A DNA stretch of 27,928 nucleotides from an uncultured cyanobacterium (GCA_903869185.1 CAIPYC010000194.1:1-27928), one strand, 5' to 3'; positions 15,765 to 25,500 are shown, counted from the stretch's first letter. The notes: generated from the letters alone by a model not told the origin. Numbers and translations are program-made.

Positions 15765-17750
15765 GTGAGCTATCAATATAGATTTTTCCTTAATGTAGAG
15801 CTAATGGGTCTTGCTAAATCTGTCTTATCAGAGCTTCTGGAAGCCTTTCCTGATTGGCGACCACAGATGTATTTTAAATCTTCTCTGACTGCCCTGTCTC
15901 ATGCGATGGAAGATCTTGTCTTGGCTGGAGATGATCGGCCTCTGGTGATTGCGACTTTTCAGAAGGAGCGTTTTTATCGTCAGGAAACACAGCGTTACAA
16001 AAAGGTTGCTCAAAAAAGTCAGCAGGTCTATGTCCTGGCCTCGCCGGAGACCGATTTTGTTAATTCTTCTAGAGAATATGAAATGGTTGCCTTTGAGCCA
16101 ACAGATGCTCTGGTTCAAGAATGGCATCTAGTTGTAGTTAGCCATACCTTCACCAGTTGTCTGATCACTCGAGAGAAGAATTATCTGCCAGATAGTCAAA
16201 AAAAAACAATAGCCAATAGTGATAATAATCGCCGCTTTGAAGGGATTTGGACTTGTGAACGCAAATTGAGTCAAAGAGCCGCCCAGATATTACTAGAGAG
16301 AATCTTAATCTACCGACCGGAATTAAAAGAAAAAATTGCCAGAGCCCAAATGGAATATTTTCCATCAACTAGAAAAATGATTGGCATCTCTCGTCTGGAT
16401 TCTTTTCAGATTAATCCTGATCCATTTGTAGAAAGACTGGTAGCCTATCTACAAGCAAGCCAGTACAAATTGATAAAAGCCAATAAAAACCTAGCAGTCA
16501 AGGAAGAAAAAGAGAGACTTATTAATTCTCTAACGACTGCTATTAGGAGATCGCTCAATCCTGAAGAGATCCTAAAAATTGCAGTTAAACAACTGGGGGA
16601 AAGACTCAACATTGGTCGATGCTTAATCTATCGGTGCACTGGAAATGACCAACAGGTCAATATAGAGCATGAATACTTAGGGGAGGGAGTTTCTTCACTA
16701 AAAGGAATGATTTGGCACCTTAAAGATAACCCTCTTATCCAGGAAATTATCCAGCGTCGCGAATCGATCAGTATAGACGACACAATGACTGATCCTCGGA
16801 TTTCTACACTCAATAAGTTAGTACGTAAATCTTCTATTTTTTCTTGGCTCTTGGTTCCAATCATATATCAGGGGAATCTTCTAGGAATAATTGAACTTCA
16901 TCACTGCACATTTAGTACTACAGTTTGGGTGCGTGAGGATATCAATCTGGTTGATGCCATTGCAGTACAAATTGGGGTGGCTCTGATTCAGGCAGAATCC
17001 TACGCCAATTTACAAAATCTCAATGCTCAGCTAGCTGCTTTAGATCGTACCCGTTCCAATCTGGTAGCTATTACTGGGCATGAGCTTAGAACTCCCTTAT
17101 CAACAATTCAGGTATGTTTGGAAAGCTTGTCCAGTGACCCCGATATTCTACCTGAACTACGCGACGTAATGCTTGATACTGCTTTACAAGATGCCGAAAG
17201 AATGCGTAAATTGATTCAGGACTTTCTTACCCTTTCGCAGCTCGAAAGCGGAAGAGTTATCTGGCATCCTGAACCGCTTTCTTTGCCTGAATGTGTTGAA
17301 TTGTCTCTTAGTAATCTCTTCGCTCGCTCTCGTAATATAGAGATACCGACTATTGAAAATTTGGTTCCAGCTGAATCACCCCTAGTCTGGGCTGATGGGG
17401 AGTGGTTAGTAGAGGTAATCTGTAAGTTACTCGATAATGCATGCAAATTTACCACTGTTGATGGGATAGTTACTCTGGAAGTTCTGGTAAACAAAAAAGA
17501 TACAAATTTGCTAGAGATGATAATATCTGACAGCGGTAGAGGAATAGAACCAAGCCTGTTGGAAACAATTTTTGATCTTTTTTATCAAGAAGAGGGAGCG
17601 CTTAGGCGCAGCGCAGGAGGAACAGGACTGGGGCTGGCTATTTGCCGACAGATAGTGACAGGGTGGGGTGGGGTACTTTGGGCCAAGTCAGCGGGAAAAA
17701 ACAAAGGCAGTCAGTTCCATTTCACAATTCCCCTGGCCCGTGATCGCTAA
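15765..17750 (+). CDS. Sensor histidine kinase with N-terminal DICT domain, GAF domain, HisKA and HATPase_c.
   Basis: DICT-like [23 protein letters not shown]...[21 protein letters not shown] region around CLIYRC...[10 protein letters not shown]-box [14 protein letters not shown]-box [10 protein letters not shown]-boxes SDSGRGI and [13 protein letters not shown]. The track start is a GTG at 15765, and the ATG at 15804 is an alternative. Confidence 0.9.
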   Translation: MSYQYRFFLNVELMGLAKSVLSELLEAFPDWRPQMYFKSSLTALSHAMEDLVLAGDDRPLVIATFQKERFYRQETQRYKKVAQKSQQVYVLASPETDFVNSSREYEMVAFEPTDALVQEWHLVVVSHTFTSCLITREKNYLPDSQKKTIANSDNNRRFEGIWTCERKLSQRAAQILLERILIYRPELKEKIARAQMEYFPSTRKMIGISRLDSFQINPDPFVERLVAYLQASQYKLIKANKNLAVKEEKERLINSLTTAIRRSLNPEEILKIAVKQLGERLNIGRCLIYRCTGNDQQVNIEHEYLGEGVSSLKGMIWHLKDNPLIQEIIQRRESISIDDTMTDPRISTLNKLVRKSSIFSWLLVPIIYQGNLLGIIELHHCTFSTTVWVREDINLVDAIAVQIGVALIQAESYANLQNLNAQLAALDRTRSNLVAITGHELRTPLSTIQVCLESLSSDPDILPELRDVMLDTALQDAERMRKLIQDFLTLSQLESGRVIWHPEPLSLPECVELSLSNLFARSRNIEIPTIENLVPAESPLVWADGEWLVEVICKLLDNACKFTTVDGIVTLEVLVNKKDTNLLEMIISDSGRGIEPSLLETIFDLFYQEEGALRRSAGGTGLGLAICRQIVTGWGGVLWAKSAGKNKGSQFHFTIPLARDR

Positions 17751-18409
17751 AAGCTTTTGACATCTAATGGTATAGGACAGCTAACATTGGTACCACCTAG
17801 CCCGCAGTAACCATTAGGGTTTTTTGCAAGATACTGCTGATGGTAATCTTCAGCAAAATAAAATTGAGGTGCCTCAATGATTTCACTGGTAATAGTCCCA
17901 TATCCAGCAGACTTGATGGCTTCTTGGTAAGCTAATTTGGAGTTTTCAGCTAGTGCCTTTTGAGAAGGAGAGTAATAATAAATACCAGAACGATATTGTG
18001 TACCCACATCATTTCCCTGCCGCATGCCTTGGGTAGGATTGTGACTTTCCCAAAATACCTTGAGCAATGCACTGTAAGTGATGATATTGGGATCGTAGAC
18101 AACCAGTACAACTTCGTTATGTCCTGTTAATCCAGAACAAACCTCTTGATAAGTAGGATTAGGGGTAAATCCTGCAGCATAGCCAACAGCGCTGACATAG
18201 ACTCCAGGTAATTGCCAAAATTTGCGCTCTGCCCCCCAAAAACAACCAATGCCAAACATTGCCTGTTCCATTCCATCCGGGTAGGGAGGCTTTAGCTCGT
18301 TACCATTGACAAAATGCCTTTGAGCAGTTGGGATCGCCTTTTCTCTTCCCGAGAGAGCTTCTTCTGCTTTAGGAAGGGTTGCCTTTTTTCCAAAACCAAA
18401 TAAAGTCAT
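17747..18409 (-). CDS. msrA: Peptide-methionine (S)-S-oxide reductase.
   Basis: 220 aa with the active-site motif [13 protein letters not shown], plus [12 protein letters not shown] and AEDYHQQYL. Confidence 0.95.
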   Translation of the reverse strand: MTLFGFGKKATLPKAEEALSGREKAIPTAQRHFVNGNELKPPYPDGMEQAMFGIGCFWGAERKFWQLPGVYVSAVGYAAGFTPNPTYQEVCSGLTGHNEVVLVVYDPNIITYSALLKVFWESHNPTQGMRQGNDVGTQYRSGIYYYSPSQKALAENSKLAYQEAIKSAGYGTITSEIIEAPQFYFAEDYHQQYLAKNPNGYCGLGGTNVSCPIPLDVKSF

Positions 18410-18462
18410 ATACTGTTATTTGTAATCTATTTATTTTTATTTATCTTAACATTGACATCCCA

Positions 18463-19191
18463 ATGGATTATCTTCAAACTCAACTTTACCTTTTGGGACA
18501 ATATTCCAACAATTTGGTTAAGCTCGAACTTGACCAGATTAATCTCTTAACCCTAGGTATAGTGACCATAGCTGGACTATTAACCAGTTTGACTCCTTGC
18601 ATGCTATCCATGTTGCCATTGACTATTGCCTATATTGGGGGCTATGAAAATCAGGGAAAATTTCAGGGAGCTCTTCAATCTGCCTGGTTTTCTTTTGGTT
18701 TGGCAACTACATTGGCTGGGATGGGGGTGATTGCCGCCACCTTGGGTAAAGTCTATGGACAAATAGGCACAGGTTTGCCCATTGTAGTTAGTATCATTGC
18801 TATTCTTATGGGGCTCAATCTTCTAGAGCTCATTAATCTTAATTTTCCTTCGCTGGGAACCACCGCTTGGATCAACGAGGATTTTCCACCCACGGTTCGC
18901 TCTTATCTCTTAGGACTAACTTTTGGTTTGGTGGCTTCGCCATGCAGCACACCAGTTCTGGCAACCTTACTAGCTTGGGTAGCTAGCACCGGAGATCTGG
19001 CAAGGGGAGCACTTTTACTTTTTGCTTATACTTTAGGTTATGTTTCGCCGTTAATTCTAGCTGGGATCTTTACCAGCAATATTAAAAATATACTTTCAAT
19101 CAGGAGTTGGTCGAGATGGATCAATACATTTAGTGGCACTACTATGATTGGCTTTGGAGTGATATCTTTGTTATCAAGATTTGTATCTTGA
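18463..19191 (+). CDS. ccdA: Cytochrome c-type biogenesis thiol-disulfide transporter CcdA.
   Basis: Start taken at the ATG at 18463 (MDYLQTQLY...). The track start at 18379 would overlap msrA. Two conserved Cys motifs (LTSLTPCMLSMLP and LVASPCSTPVLA) sit in a polytopic membrane protein. Confidence 0.9.
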   Translation: MDYLQTQLYLLGQYSNNLVKLELDQINLLTLGIVTIAGLLTSLTPCMLSMLPLTIAYIGGYENQGKFQGALQSAWFSFGLATTLAGMGVIAATLGKVYGQIGTGLPIVVSIIAILMGLNLLELINLNFPSLGTTAWINEDFPPTVRSYLLGLTFGLVASPCSTPVLATLLAWVASTGDLARGALLLFAYTLGYVSPLILAGIFTSNIKNILSIRSWSRWINTFSGTTMIGFGVISLLSRFVS

Positions 19192-19202
19192 AGATCTTCT
19201 CT

Positions 19203-20105
19203 CTAGAAAGTTTTAGCAGTAACCATCTTGGGTTTATCAACAGATTTATTGATATGGGCAATATATTTTTTAGGTAATTTGCTATCCATGGCGATCAGTG
19301 CAGGAAGTGTCACAAACTTATAAGACTCCTGCCTCAATCGCTTAATCACCATCGGGAGGGCTTCTGATGTATTGGCTCTTCTGATACCGCCATCATGCAT
19401 CAGTATAATTCCGCCTGGCTTGACTGATTTAAAAATATTTCTAATTAAACGCGCAGGGGAGTTGCGAGTCCGATAATCAACCGAGTCAGCAGACCAGAGA
19501 ACTATGCCCATCTTTTGGGATTTTGCATATTCGGCTAAACCAGTATGCATCAATCCTCCAGGTGGACGGAAAAGATTGGGACGAACTCCAGTAATCGAAG
19601 CAATTATATCAGAAGTTTTTTCGATTTCAGCTTGAGCTCCAGCACGAGTATGTCTATTGTAGGGGTGCGACCAAGAATGATTGCCAATTACATGACCATC
19701 AGCATATATTTTTTTGACCAGCCCCGGATTGGCCTGGGCATTGCGCCCAATCAGAAAAAAAGTCGCCTTGATATTGTTATCTTTGAGGATTTTTAGGATT
19801 TTCTCACTGGGTCCTCCTAAAGGACCATCATCAAAAGTTAGGGCTACAACCTTCTGGGAGGGCGCTAGAGCAACATTCATAAACACCTTGCCCTTGTAGC
19901 TCTCAGGTAGAGGTTTAGGTGTATTTTCTAAAACAGGAGAAGGCTTGGCTGAGGGCTCCGCTACAGGGGGCTTATAAGCCAAAGGTTTGTTGGCGTGACT
20001 GAAAATATTCCAATGGAAAAAAAACCCCGCCACAAACCCAAAGAAAGCCGCACCAATTGGTACAATTGTGATTAATTTTAATAGTAATTGCCTATCAGCT
20101 AACAC
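19203..20105 (-). CDS. Membrane-anchored polysaccharide deacetylase (NodB homology domain, CE4).
   Basis: 300 aa with a GTG start. N-terminal TM helix (ITIVPIGAAFFGFVAGFFF). NodB motifs VALTFDDGP, GNHSWSHP, LFRPPGG and IILMHD. Confidence 0.85.
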   Translation of the reverse strand: MLADRQLLLKLITIVPIGAAFFGFVAGFFFHWNIFSHANKPLAYKPPVAEPSAKPSPVLENTPKPLPESYKGKVFMNVALAPSQKVVALTFDDGPLGGPSEKILKILKDNNIKATFFLIGRNAQANPGLVKKIYADGHVIGNHSWSHPYNRHTRAGAQAEIEKTSDIIASITGVRPNLFRPPGGLMHTGLAEYAKSQKMGIVLWSADSVDYRTRNSPARLIRNIFKSVKPGGIILMHDGGIRRANTSEALPMVIKRLRQESYKFVTLPALIAMDSKLPKKYIAHINKSVDKPKMVTAKTF

Positions 20106-20166
20106 AACTCACTCCAGAAAATATTGTTTTTATTTTTTTAGTTCTAAATAGTAGCTTTAAAGTCTT

Positions 20167-20946
20167 TTAAGCTCCCATACTTGAGTAGTTTCTTAATCCT
20201 TTTCGCCAAAGCCATCGGTTAAGAGTATAACAGAGAAGAATCCAAAAAAGCATAATTCCCATGCCTTTTCCAACCTGAATATCAAGTCCAATCAGTATAG
20301 ATGAGGGGAAATAGACAATGTAAGGAAAAGGTGTCCACATAAGAATTTCTCTAAAAGCCTCAGGATAAACATCGAGCGGGGCGATGATTCCAGAGAAAAA
20401 TATTTGTAGCATTGACCAGAATAATTGAACCGATGTTGCTTTTTCCATCCAAAATGCCAACATGGAAAAATTATATTGAATTAGAAAACTAAGGGTGAAA
20501 GACAGGGTCACGCTAAAGACTGCAAGTATTATTTGAGTCATATTCGGCAACCACATAGCTCGGGGATAGAGCCAAAAAAAGAAGATAGACAAAATAACAG
20601 CCAAGGGAAGGCGAGTTAATTTCTCCGCCAAATGTTTGGCTACATGGTGCCAGACTGGATCGAGTGGTTGGAGCAGACGAAATGAGAGAGTTCCTTCGAC
20701 AACTTCCCTTTCAAATTCCCAGATCACCCAAACATTGGTAAATTGTCTCACTTGAAAAACCGCAAAGAAATAGCGAGCAAAACTTACCGCACTAAGAGAA
20801 AAAAATCCATTGTTGGCAGCTTGCATCCAAACTCCCATTGAGATAATAGGCAAAGAACCCGAAAGTACCCAGAAAAATATTTCTGCTCGGTACTCTAGCA
20901 TATGGGCGTAATAAACCACCATCAATGTATAAGGAATCTTCAACAT
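20167..20946 (-). CDS. ABC-2 family permease (COG4587 / DUF990-like).
   Basis: 259 aa and about 6 TM helices. N-terminal YRAEIFFWVLSGSLP and C-terminal NYSSMGA are typical of this permease family (from memory). It starts 3 nt after the ATPase stop. Confidence 0.8.
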   Translation of the reverse strand: MLKIPYTLMVVYYAHMLEYRAEIFFWVLSGSLPIISMGVWMQAANNGFFSLSAVSFARYFFAVFQVRQFTNVWVIWEFEREVVEGTLSFRLLQPLDPVWHHVAKHLAEKLTRLPLAVILSIFFFWLYPRAMWLPNMTQIILAVFSVTLSFTLSFLIQYNFSMLAFWMEKATSVQLFWSMLQIFFSGIIAPLDVYPEAFREILMWTPFPYIVYFPSSILIGLDIQVGKGMGIMLFWILLCYTLNRWLWRKGLRNYSSMGA

Positions 20947-20949
20947 TTG

Positions 20950-21930
20950 CTATAACAAATCTTTTGTAAACAGAAGCCTGATCACCTCTTCCACCGGAGG
21001 GCTGAGAACACTAAAATCAAGGATATCCAGGTCTTCTAGCATTCTGGTGATAGTTTGATTGAGATTTTCAAAAGGAATTGAAAAATTAACTTCTTTTCCT
21101 TCAATACTGGTAATTTCTCCATATTGTTCCAATTCATCACGAGTTAGAGGAACAGCAAGATCTATTTTGACTTGACGATAGGCCGCAAATTTCTTGAGCA
21201 GTTCATCTAGAGGTCCATCGTATATAAGGATTCCTTGATTAATAATCAAGATTCTACGACAGAGGGCTGTGATATCTGCCATATAATGACTAGTCAGAAT
21301 AATAGTAGCTTGATAACGGGAATTGTAATCACGTAGAAAGTCTCTTACTGCGGCTTGAGCGTTGACATCTAATCCTAGAGTTGGCTCGTCCAAAAAAAGG
21401 ATTTGCGGATGATGAATCAGTGATGCCAAGAGTTCTGCTTTCATTCTTTGCCCTAGGGAAAGCTTTCTAATTGGTTGATTTAGCTGATCCTCTAGAGATA
21501 GCATTGAAGCCAATTCATCTAACCTAGTTTTAAATATCCTGTCGGGAATATTGTAAATGGCAGCATTAATCTTGAGGGAATCTAGAGCGGGAAGATCCCA
21601 AAGCAGTTGTTGTTTTTGTCCCATCACTAGGGAGATTTTATTGAGAAAACTTTTTTGCCTCTTATAAGGATTATATCCAGCAACCCTAACAGTTCCATCT
21701 GTAGGATAAATCAATCCTGTCAACATCTTGAGAGTAGTGGTCTTGCCGGCACCATTGGGTCCGAGAAAACCCACTATTTCTCCTTCATTTAAACTAAAGG
21801 AAATATTCTCTACTGCTTTGATGAGGCGATATTGACGGTTTAGAAAATGCGATATTGTTCCTTTTAGTCCGGGATTTTTAATGGCTACAGGATAAGTTTT
21901 GCTTAGATTATTAACTTCTACAATACTCAT
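20950..21930 (-). CDS. ABC transporter ATP-binding protein.
   Basis: Walker A GPNGAGKTT, signature LSLGQRM, Walker B ILFLDEPT and H-loop TSHYM, with an extended C-terminal domain. The preferred ATG at 21930 forms an ATGA overlap with the GH116 stop. The track uses a TTG at 21936. Confidence 0.9.
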   Translation of the reverse strand: MSIVEVNNLSKTYPVAIKNPGLKGTISHFLNRQYRLIKAVENISFSLNEGEIVGFLGPNGAGKTTTLKMLTGLIYPTDGTVRVAGYNPYKRQKSFLNKISLVMGQKQQLLWDLPALDSLKINAAIYNIPDRIFKTRLDELASMLSLEDQLNQPIRKLSLGQRMKAELLASLIHHPQILFLDEPTLGLDVNAQAAVRDFLRDYNSRYQATIILTSHYMADITALCRRILIINQGILIYDGPLDELLKKFAAYRQVKIDLAVPLTRDELEQYGEITSIEGKEVNFSIPFENLNQTITRMLEDLDILDFSVLSPPVEEVIRLLFTKDLL

Positions 21931-24326
21931 TGCCAACCTGATAGAGCGCCATAGACAGCCCAGATAGCCATAGCCCTGAGATAATGGGTAACCCTGAAAG
22001 TACCTACTGCGGTGATCGCTTCTGGAGTGCGAAACTGTAGGCCATTTTCATAAATCTGCTTGACAACAGTTTCAGCAAGATGGAGACCTTCGTGCTTCAT
22101 ACCCTGTTGGATCAAAAAAGCTGCCAGTCCAAAATTGATGCCAGTCCAGACTTCCTGAGGATGGGTTGAATTGGGATCTTCTGCTGAACCATCTAGCCTG
22201 AGACCATTGGCCGCGCCATATTTACCTTCGGAAAATTTTAAAAAGCAAGCCTGATATACGGTCTGTAAAGTTTTCTGTACATAAGCCTGTTCCACTATTG
22301 GTTCAAGTCCAAGTAACTGGGCATAAAATTGCCCGCAAAGTTGATCGCTCATCACCACATCAGAACCACTCAAGCTATCCAAATTGTAATATTTTCCATT
22401 CCAAAGGTTTTTTTGATAGAGAAGGCGAGAGAGTTCAAGCCAATTTTGATATTTTTTGATATTTTTTTCTATACTATCTGAATAATCAGCAGTAATTTCC
22501 TGGGTTTTTAAAAGAATCTGCCCAATCTCTATGGCTGCTTCTAGTGCGGCAATCCAAAGCCCAGCACAATAAGCGCTTATTCCTTGTAATCGCCAATCAT
22601 CGAAAGTCTGATCGGGAGCGCCTGAATTTTCAGGAATACCATCATTATCAAAATCAAATGTTTTGAGATAATCTAGAGCCTCTACTACCGAATCCCAACA
22701 TAACCAAAGAAATGCAGTATCTTTAGATCCGGTCAGATAGAAATCTCGATAAACTTGCAATACAAAATCACAAGCTAGATCTTTCCAAAGATTACAATCT
22801 TGATAAGATGTATAGTTTGTTTGTTCCCACGGATGTTCATTGGGTGCGCCCAGATCATGAGGAGTAGCCCCTTTGATTTTGCGCTGGGCATATGTTCCGT
22901 TGTAACCGATATAGCGAGAAGTTGGATTTTCTTGGGGAATTGCCCTGGCAAAAGCTTCCAGTACAGACTTATCTAGGCGTGGCCAATGTTTTAACAACCC
23001 AAAAGAGCCATAGAGCCTGACATCCAGGCTTTCGTACCATCGGTAATCTAGGCATTCGAGAACCCCAAACTGTCCAATTGGATCATTTTCATCTGCAGCA
23101 CTCCAAAGCGTTCCTCCATCAGTTAAGAGATACAGTTCATTGAACAATGCCATCTTTAGCCAATCTGGTAGATTGGGATCTTGACAGATTGGATTTTGCC
23201 ATTGCTCTATTTTTTCTCGCCAAATATCACTGGATTTCAAGGCGGTTCGAACCATTGACCAAGAGTTACTACCAGTACGTCCAAAGAAATCAGTATAGCG
23301 CCTAAAATATTTGATGTCCGGGGCAAATTCAGTAATCGGAAAATCCCAAGCCAAAATAAAGGGTATTTTGCGCTTACCACCTGGCTTTAGTGTGAAACGG
23401 ACACAAAAAGCAGCTGCGATCTGTTCTCCTGGTTCAGCAGGAGTTTCATCCTGTTGATCAGATAAGGTGCCATTGTTTGCAAAATCATCCCAAAGATCAC
23501 AGCCATCTCCTGATGGGTTCCAACGGCTATGATAAAAAACCTCAAGAGCCGGGCTAAGCACAGTGGCTATAGATATTTGACCTTCTCCTTCTTGAATCTC
23601 ATCACCAATTTGTATACGATTGAACACACAACCGACACGAAAATTATCCTGAACCCACTGATTGAAATTGCCAGTACTATCACGCCAGCGCACATCATAA
23701 TCATAGTACGGACTGCCGTCATCTCTCTGTTTAATGATGTTGGTTTTATTTGCATTGGCAAACCAACCTACAATATTTTGCCAGCTGAGCATGATACTGA
23801 GAGTAATTGGCTTGTCGGTAGGATTTTGAGCACTCCATTCAAAGATCGCAATTGGATAACTGGTCTCTTGATAGTTGTTGGCCAAAATCGGGGAAAACTG
23901 CTCACATACTAAGTGAGAACTAAATACATCGCTATATTCATACCAACTGCGTGGATACAAGGCGTGGTATGTACCTTTACCAGTAGGATACCAATTCCAG
24001 CCAGATAAAGTACCATCTTCAGCAGGCTCAGTACAAAGAGCATAAGTCTTAGCTTGTTCGCCCTCAACTTTTTCAAAAATACTGAATTGACAACTGGCTA
24101 AAGTCCGAAAAGTATGTTCACCACCATCGAGATGCCAAAGATTAAAATCTCCCCTAGGTGAACGTCCTATACAGCCAGCGCCAAAACCCCCTAGAGGCAT
24201 ACCGTGCCAGGGACCATCGTCGATATTACTAGAATGGCGTGTAGTGTAAGGTTTTTCCCATCCCAGTCCGATCTGACGAGACCAGGCAAAAGAAGGAATT
24301 TCTGGCCAGGCAAAGAGGTGTTTCAT
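21927..24326 (-). CDS. GH116 beta-glucosidase (GBA2 / bile-acid beta-glucosidase / glucosylceramidase family).
   Basis: 799 aa. N-terminal GMPLGGFGAGCIGRSPRGDFNLWH. Catalytic-region motifs FGVLECLDYRWYESLDVRLYGSF and PDQTFDDWRLQGISAYCAGLW match the nucleophile and acid/base regions of GBA2-type enzymes as I recall them. No signal peptide. Confidence 0.9.
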   Translation of the reverse strand: MKHLFAWPEIPSFAWSRQIGLGWEKPYTTRHSSNIDDGPWHGMPLGGFGAGCIGRSPRGDFNLWHLDGGEHTFRTLASCQFSIFEKVEGEQAKTYALCTEPAEDGTLSGWNWYPTGKGTYHALYPRSWYEYSDVFSSHLVCEQFSPILANNYQETSYPIAIFEWSAQNPTDKPITLSIMLSWQNIVGWFANANKTNIIKQRDDGSPYYDYDVRWRDSTGNFNQWVQDNFRVGCVFNRIQIGDEIQEGEGQISIATVLSPALEVFYHSRWNPSGDGCDLWDDFANNGTLSDQQDETPAEPGEQIAAAFCVRFTLKPGGKRKIPFILAWDFPITEFAPDIKYFRRYTDFFGRTGSNSWSMVRTALKSSDIWREKIEQWQNPICQDPNLPDWLKMALFNELYLLTDGGTLWSAADENDPIGQFGVLECLDYRWYESLDVRLYGSFGLLKHWPRLDKSVLEAFARAIPQENPTSRYIGYNGTYAQRKIKGATPHDLGAPNEHPWEQTNYTSYQDCNLWKDLACDFVLQVYRDFYLTGSKDTAFLWLCWDSVVEALDYLKTFDFDNDGIPENSGAPDQTFDDWRLQGISAYCAGLWIAALEAAIEIGQILLKTQEITADYSDSIEKNIKKYQNWLELSRLLYQKNLWNGKYYNLDSLSGSDVVMSDQLCGQFYAQLLGLEPIVEQAYVQKTLQTVYQACFLKFSEGKYGAANGLRLDGSAEDPNSTHPQEVWTGINFGLAAFLIQQGMKHEGLHLAETVVKQIYENGLQFRTPEAITAVGTFRVTHYLRAMAIWAVYGALSGWQ

Positions 24327-24351
24327 TTAAGTCAATAAATTCTGAAGATAT

Positions 24352-25500
24352 TCAGGGAATCAACAAGAGAGTTTGAACATTATGATTTTCAATATGGCCT
24401 TGATGTATAAGTTTTATATCAAAACTGCTGCCAATGGGTTTGGATTCTACTTGATCTTGAACATCAATGGCCGAAAAAACTATTTTCTGGTCAATTTTTT
24501 GAATGATATCACCTATCTGTATATGAGATTTGGATGCAGGAGAATCTTTGACCAGTCCTATTATCAAGACCCCTTGTACATTACCGAGTTTACGATAGTT
24601 GACATCGTATCTTTTCAATTGTTCTAGGATTTCAGCATCTAATGCCACCATTCGAATTCCTATATAAGGATGCTCAGCATGACCGGTTTGAATGATTTGC
24701 CGGGCAATTTTTTGAGCGGTTTCAATAGGAATAGCAAAACTTATGAACTGTCCCTGCTGATCGATTGCGGTGTTAATACCAATGAGCTCTCCTCTGGCAT
24801 TGAACAATGGACCTCCAAAATTACCAGGATTGATTGCAACATCGGTCTGTATGAACCTTACTCTTTCATTGAAGATCCTCAATTGGCTACCACTTCGATT
24901 CAGTGCGCTTATGATTCCTAATGTCGCGGTATGATCAAGTCCCAGTGGATTGCCAATGGCAATGGACCAATCCCCAGGACTGAGTTTTTTAGAACTTCCG
25001 AAAGAAACCGTTGGTAAATTACCAGCTTCTATTTTGACAACTGCAACATCGGTAATCGGATCACTACCAAGAATTTTAGCAGTAAAAACCTTTCCGTCAT
25101 CGAGAGTGACCCTAATCCTTGTCCGGTGGGAGATCAGATGGGCGTTGGTCAGGATAACACCATCTGAGCTGATTAAAATACCTGAACCAGCTAAAAATCT
25201 TCCCTTTCTTTCTTCAAAGAACCGCTCATCATGTGATTGCTGGAGTATCACTTTGCCCAGAGAAAAAGAATTAATGCGAACCACAGCAGGACTAACTCTT
25301 TTAACTATCCGAACTACGAAATTGTCATTTCCGTTATCCTTAGGGATAGTTTTTGTCTTGGCAAATATCAAAGATTTAGGAAAAATATTGGTCAAAACTG
25401 TAAATCTGTAGCAAAGAGATAAAAAAGTAATCCCCACCAGGCAACTTGCCAAGTAGCCTAAGATTTTCCTTAAAACTATCTTTTTGCCAAATGTCCTCAT
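24352..25500 (-). CDS. HtrA/DegP-family trypsin-like protein with a C-terminal PDZ domain. The catalytic Ser is replaced by Phe, so it is a predicted pseudoprotease.
   Basis: 382 aa. N-terminal TM anchor (ILGYLASCLVGITFLSLCY). The His region VILTNAHLI and the Asp region ITDVAVVKI are present. The canonical GNSGGPL box reads GNFGGPL (TTT codon, complement of 24817-24819). PDZ-like GVLIIGLVKDSPASKSHIQIGDIIQKID. Confidence 0.85.
   Translation of the reverse strand: MRTFGKKIVLRKILGYLASCLVGITFLSLCYRFTVLTNIFPKSLIFAKTKTIPKDNGNDNFVVRIVKRVSPAVVRINSFSLGKVILQQSHDERFFEERKGRFLAGSGILISSDGVILTNAHLISHRTRIRVTLDDGKVFTAKILGSDPITDVAVVKIEAGNLPTVSFGSSKKLSPGDWSIAIGNPLGLDHTATLGIISALNRSGSQLRIFNERVRFIQTDVAINPGNFGGPLFNARGELIGINTAIDQQGQFISFAIPIETAQKIARQIIQTGHAEHPYIGIRMVALDAEILEQLKRYDVNYRKLGNVQGVLIIGLVKDSPASKSHIQIGDIIQKIDQKIVFSAIDVQDQVESKPIGSSFDIKLIHQGHIENHNVQTLLLIP

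Noticed and set aside
18379-18462. Extended ccdA start overlapping msrA by 31 nt.
   Set aside because: The extension is AT-rich promoter-like sequence. CcdA homologs begin near MDYLQ, so the ATG at 18463 is preferred.
24950-25411. 153-aa plus-strand ORF. Similar cases are 3950-4219, 8951-9208, 10366-11279, 12013-12261, 16165-16368 and 23529-23912.
   Set aside because: These are shadow ORFs lying entirely antisense to, or out of frame within, long genes with strong family signatures. They show no motifs and have biased composition.
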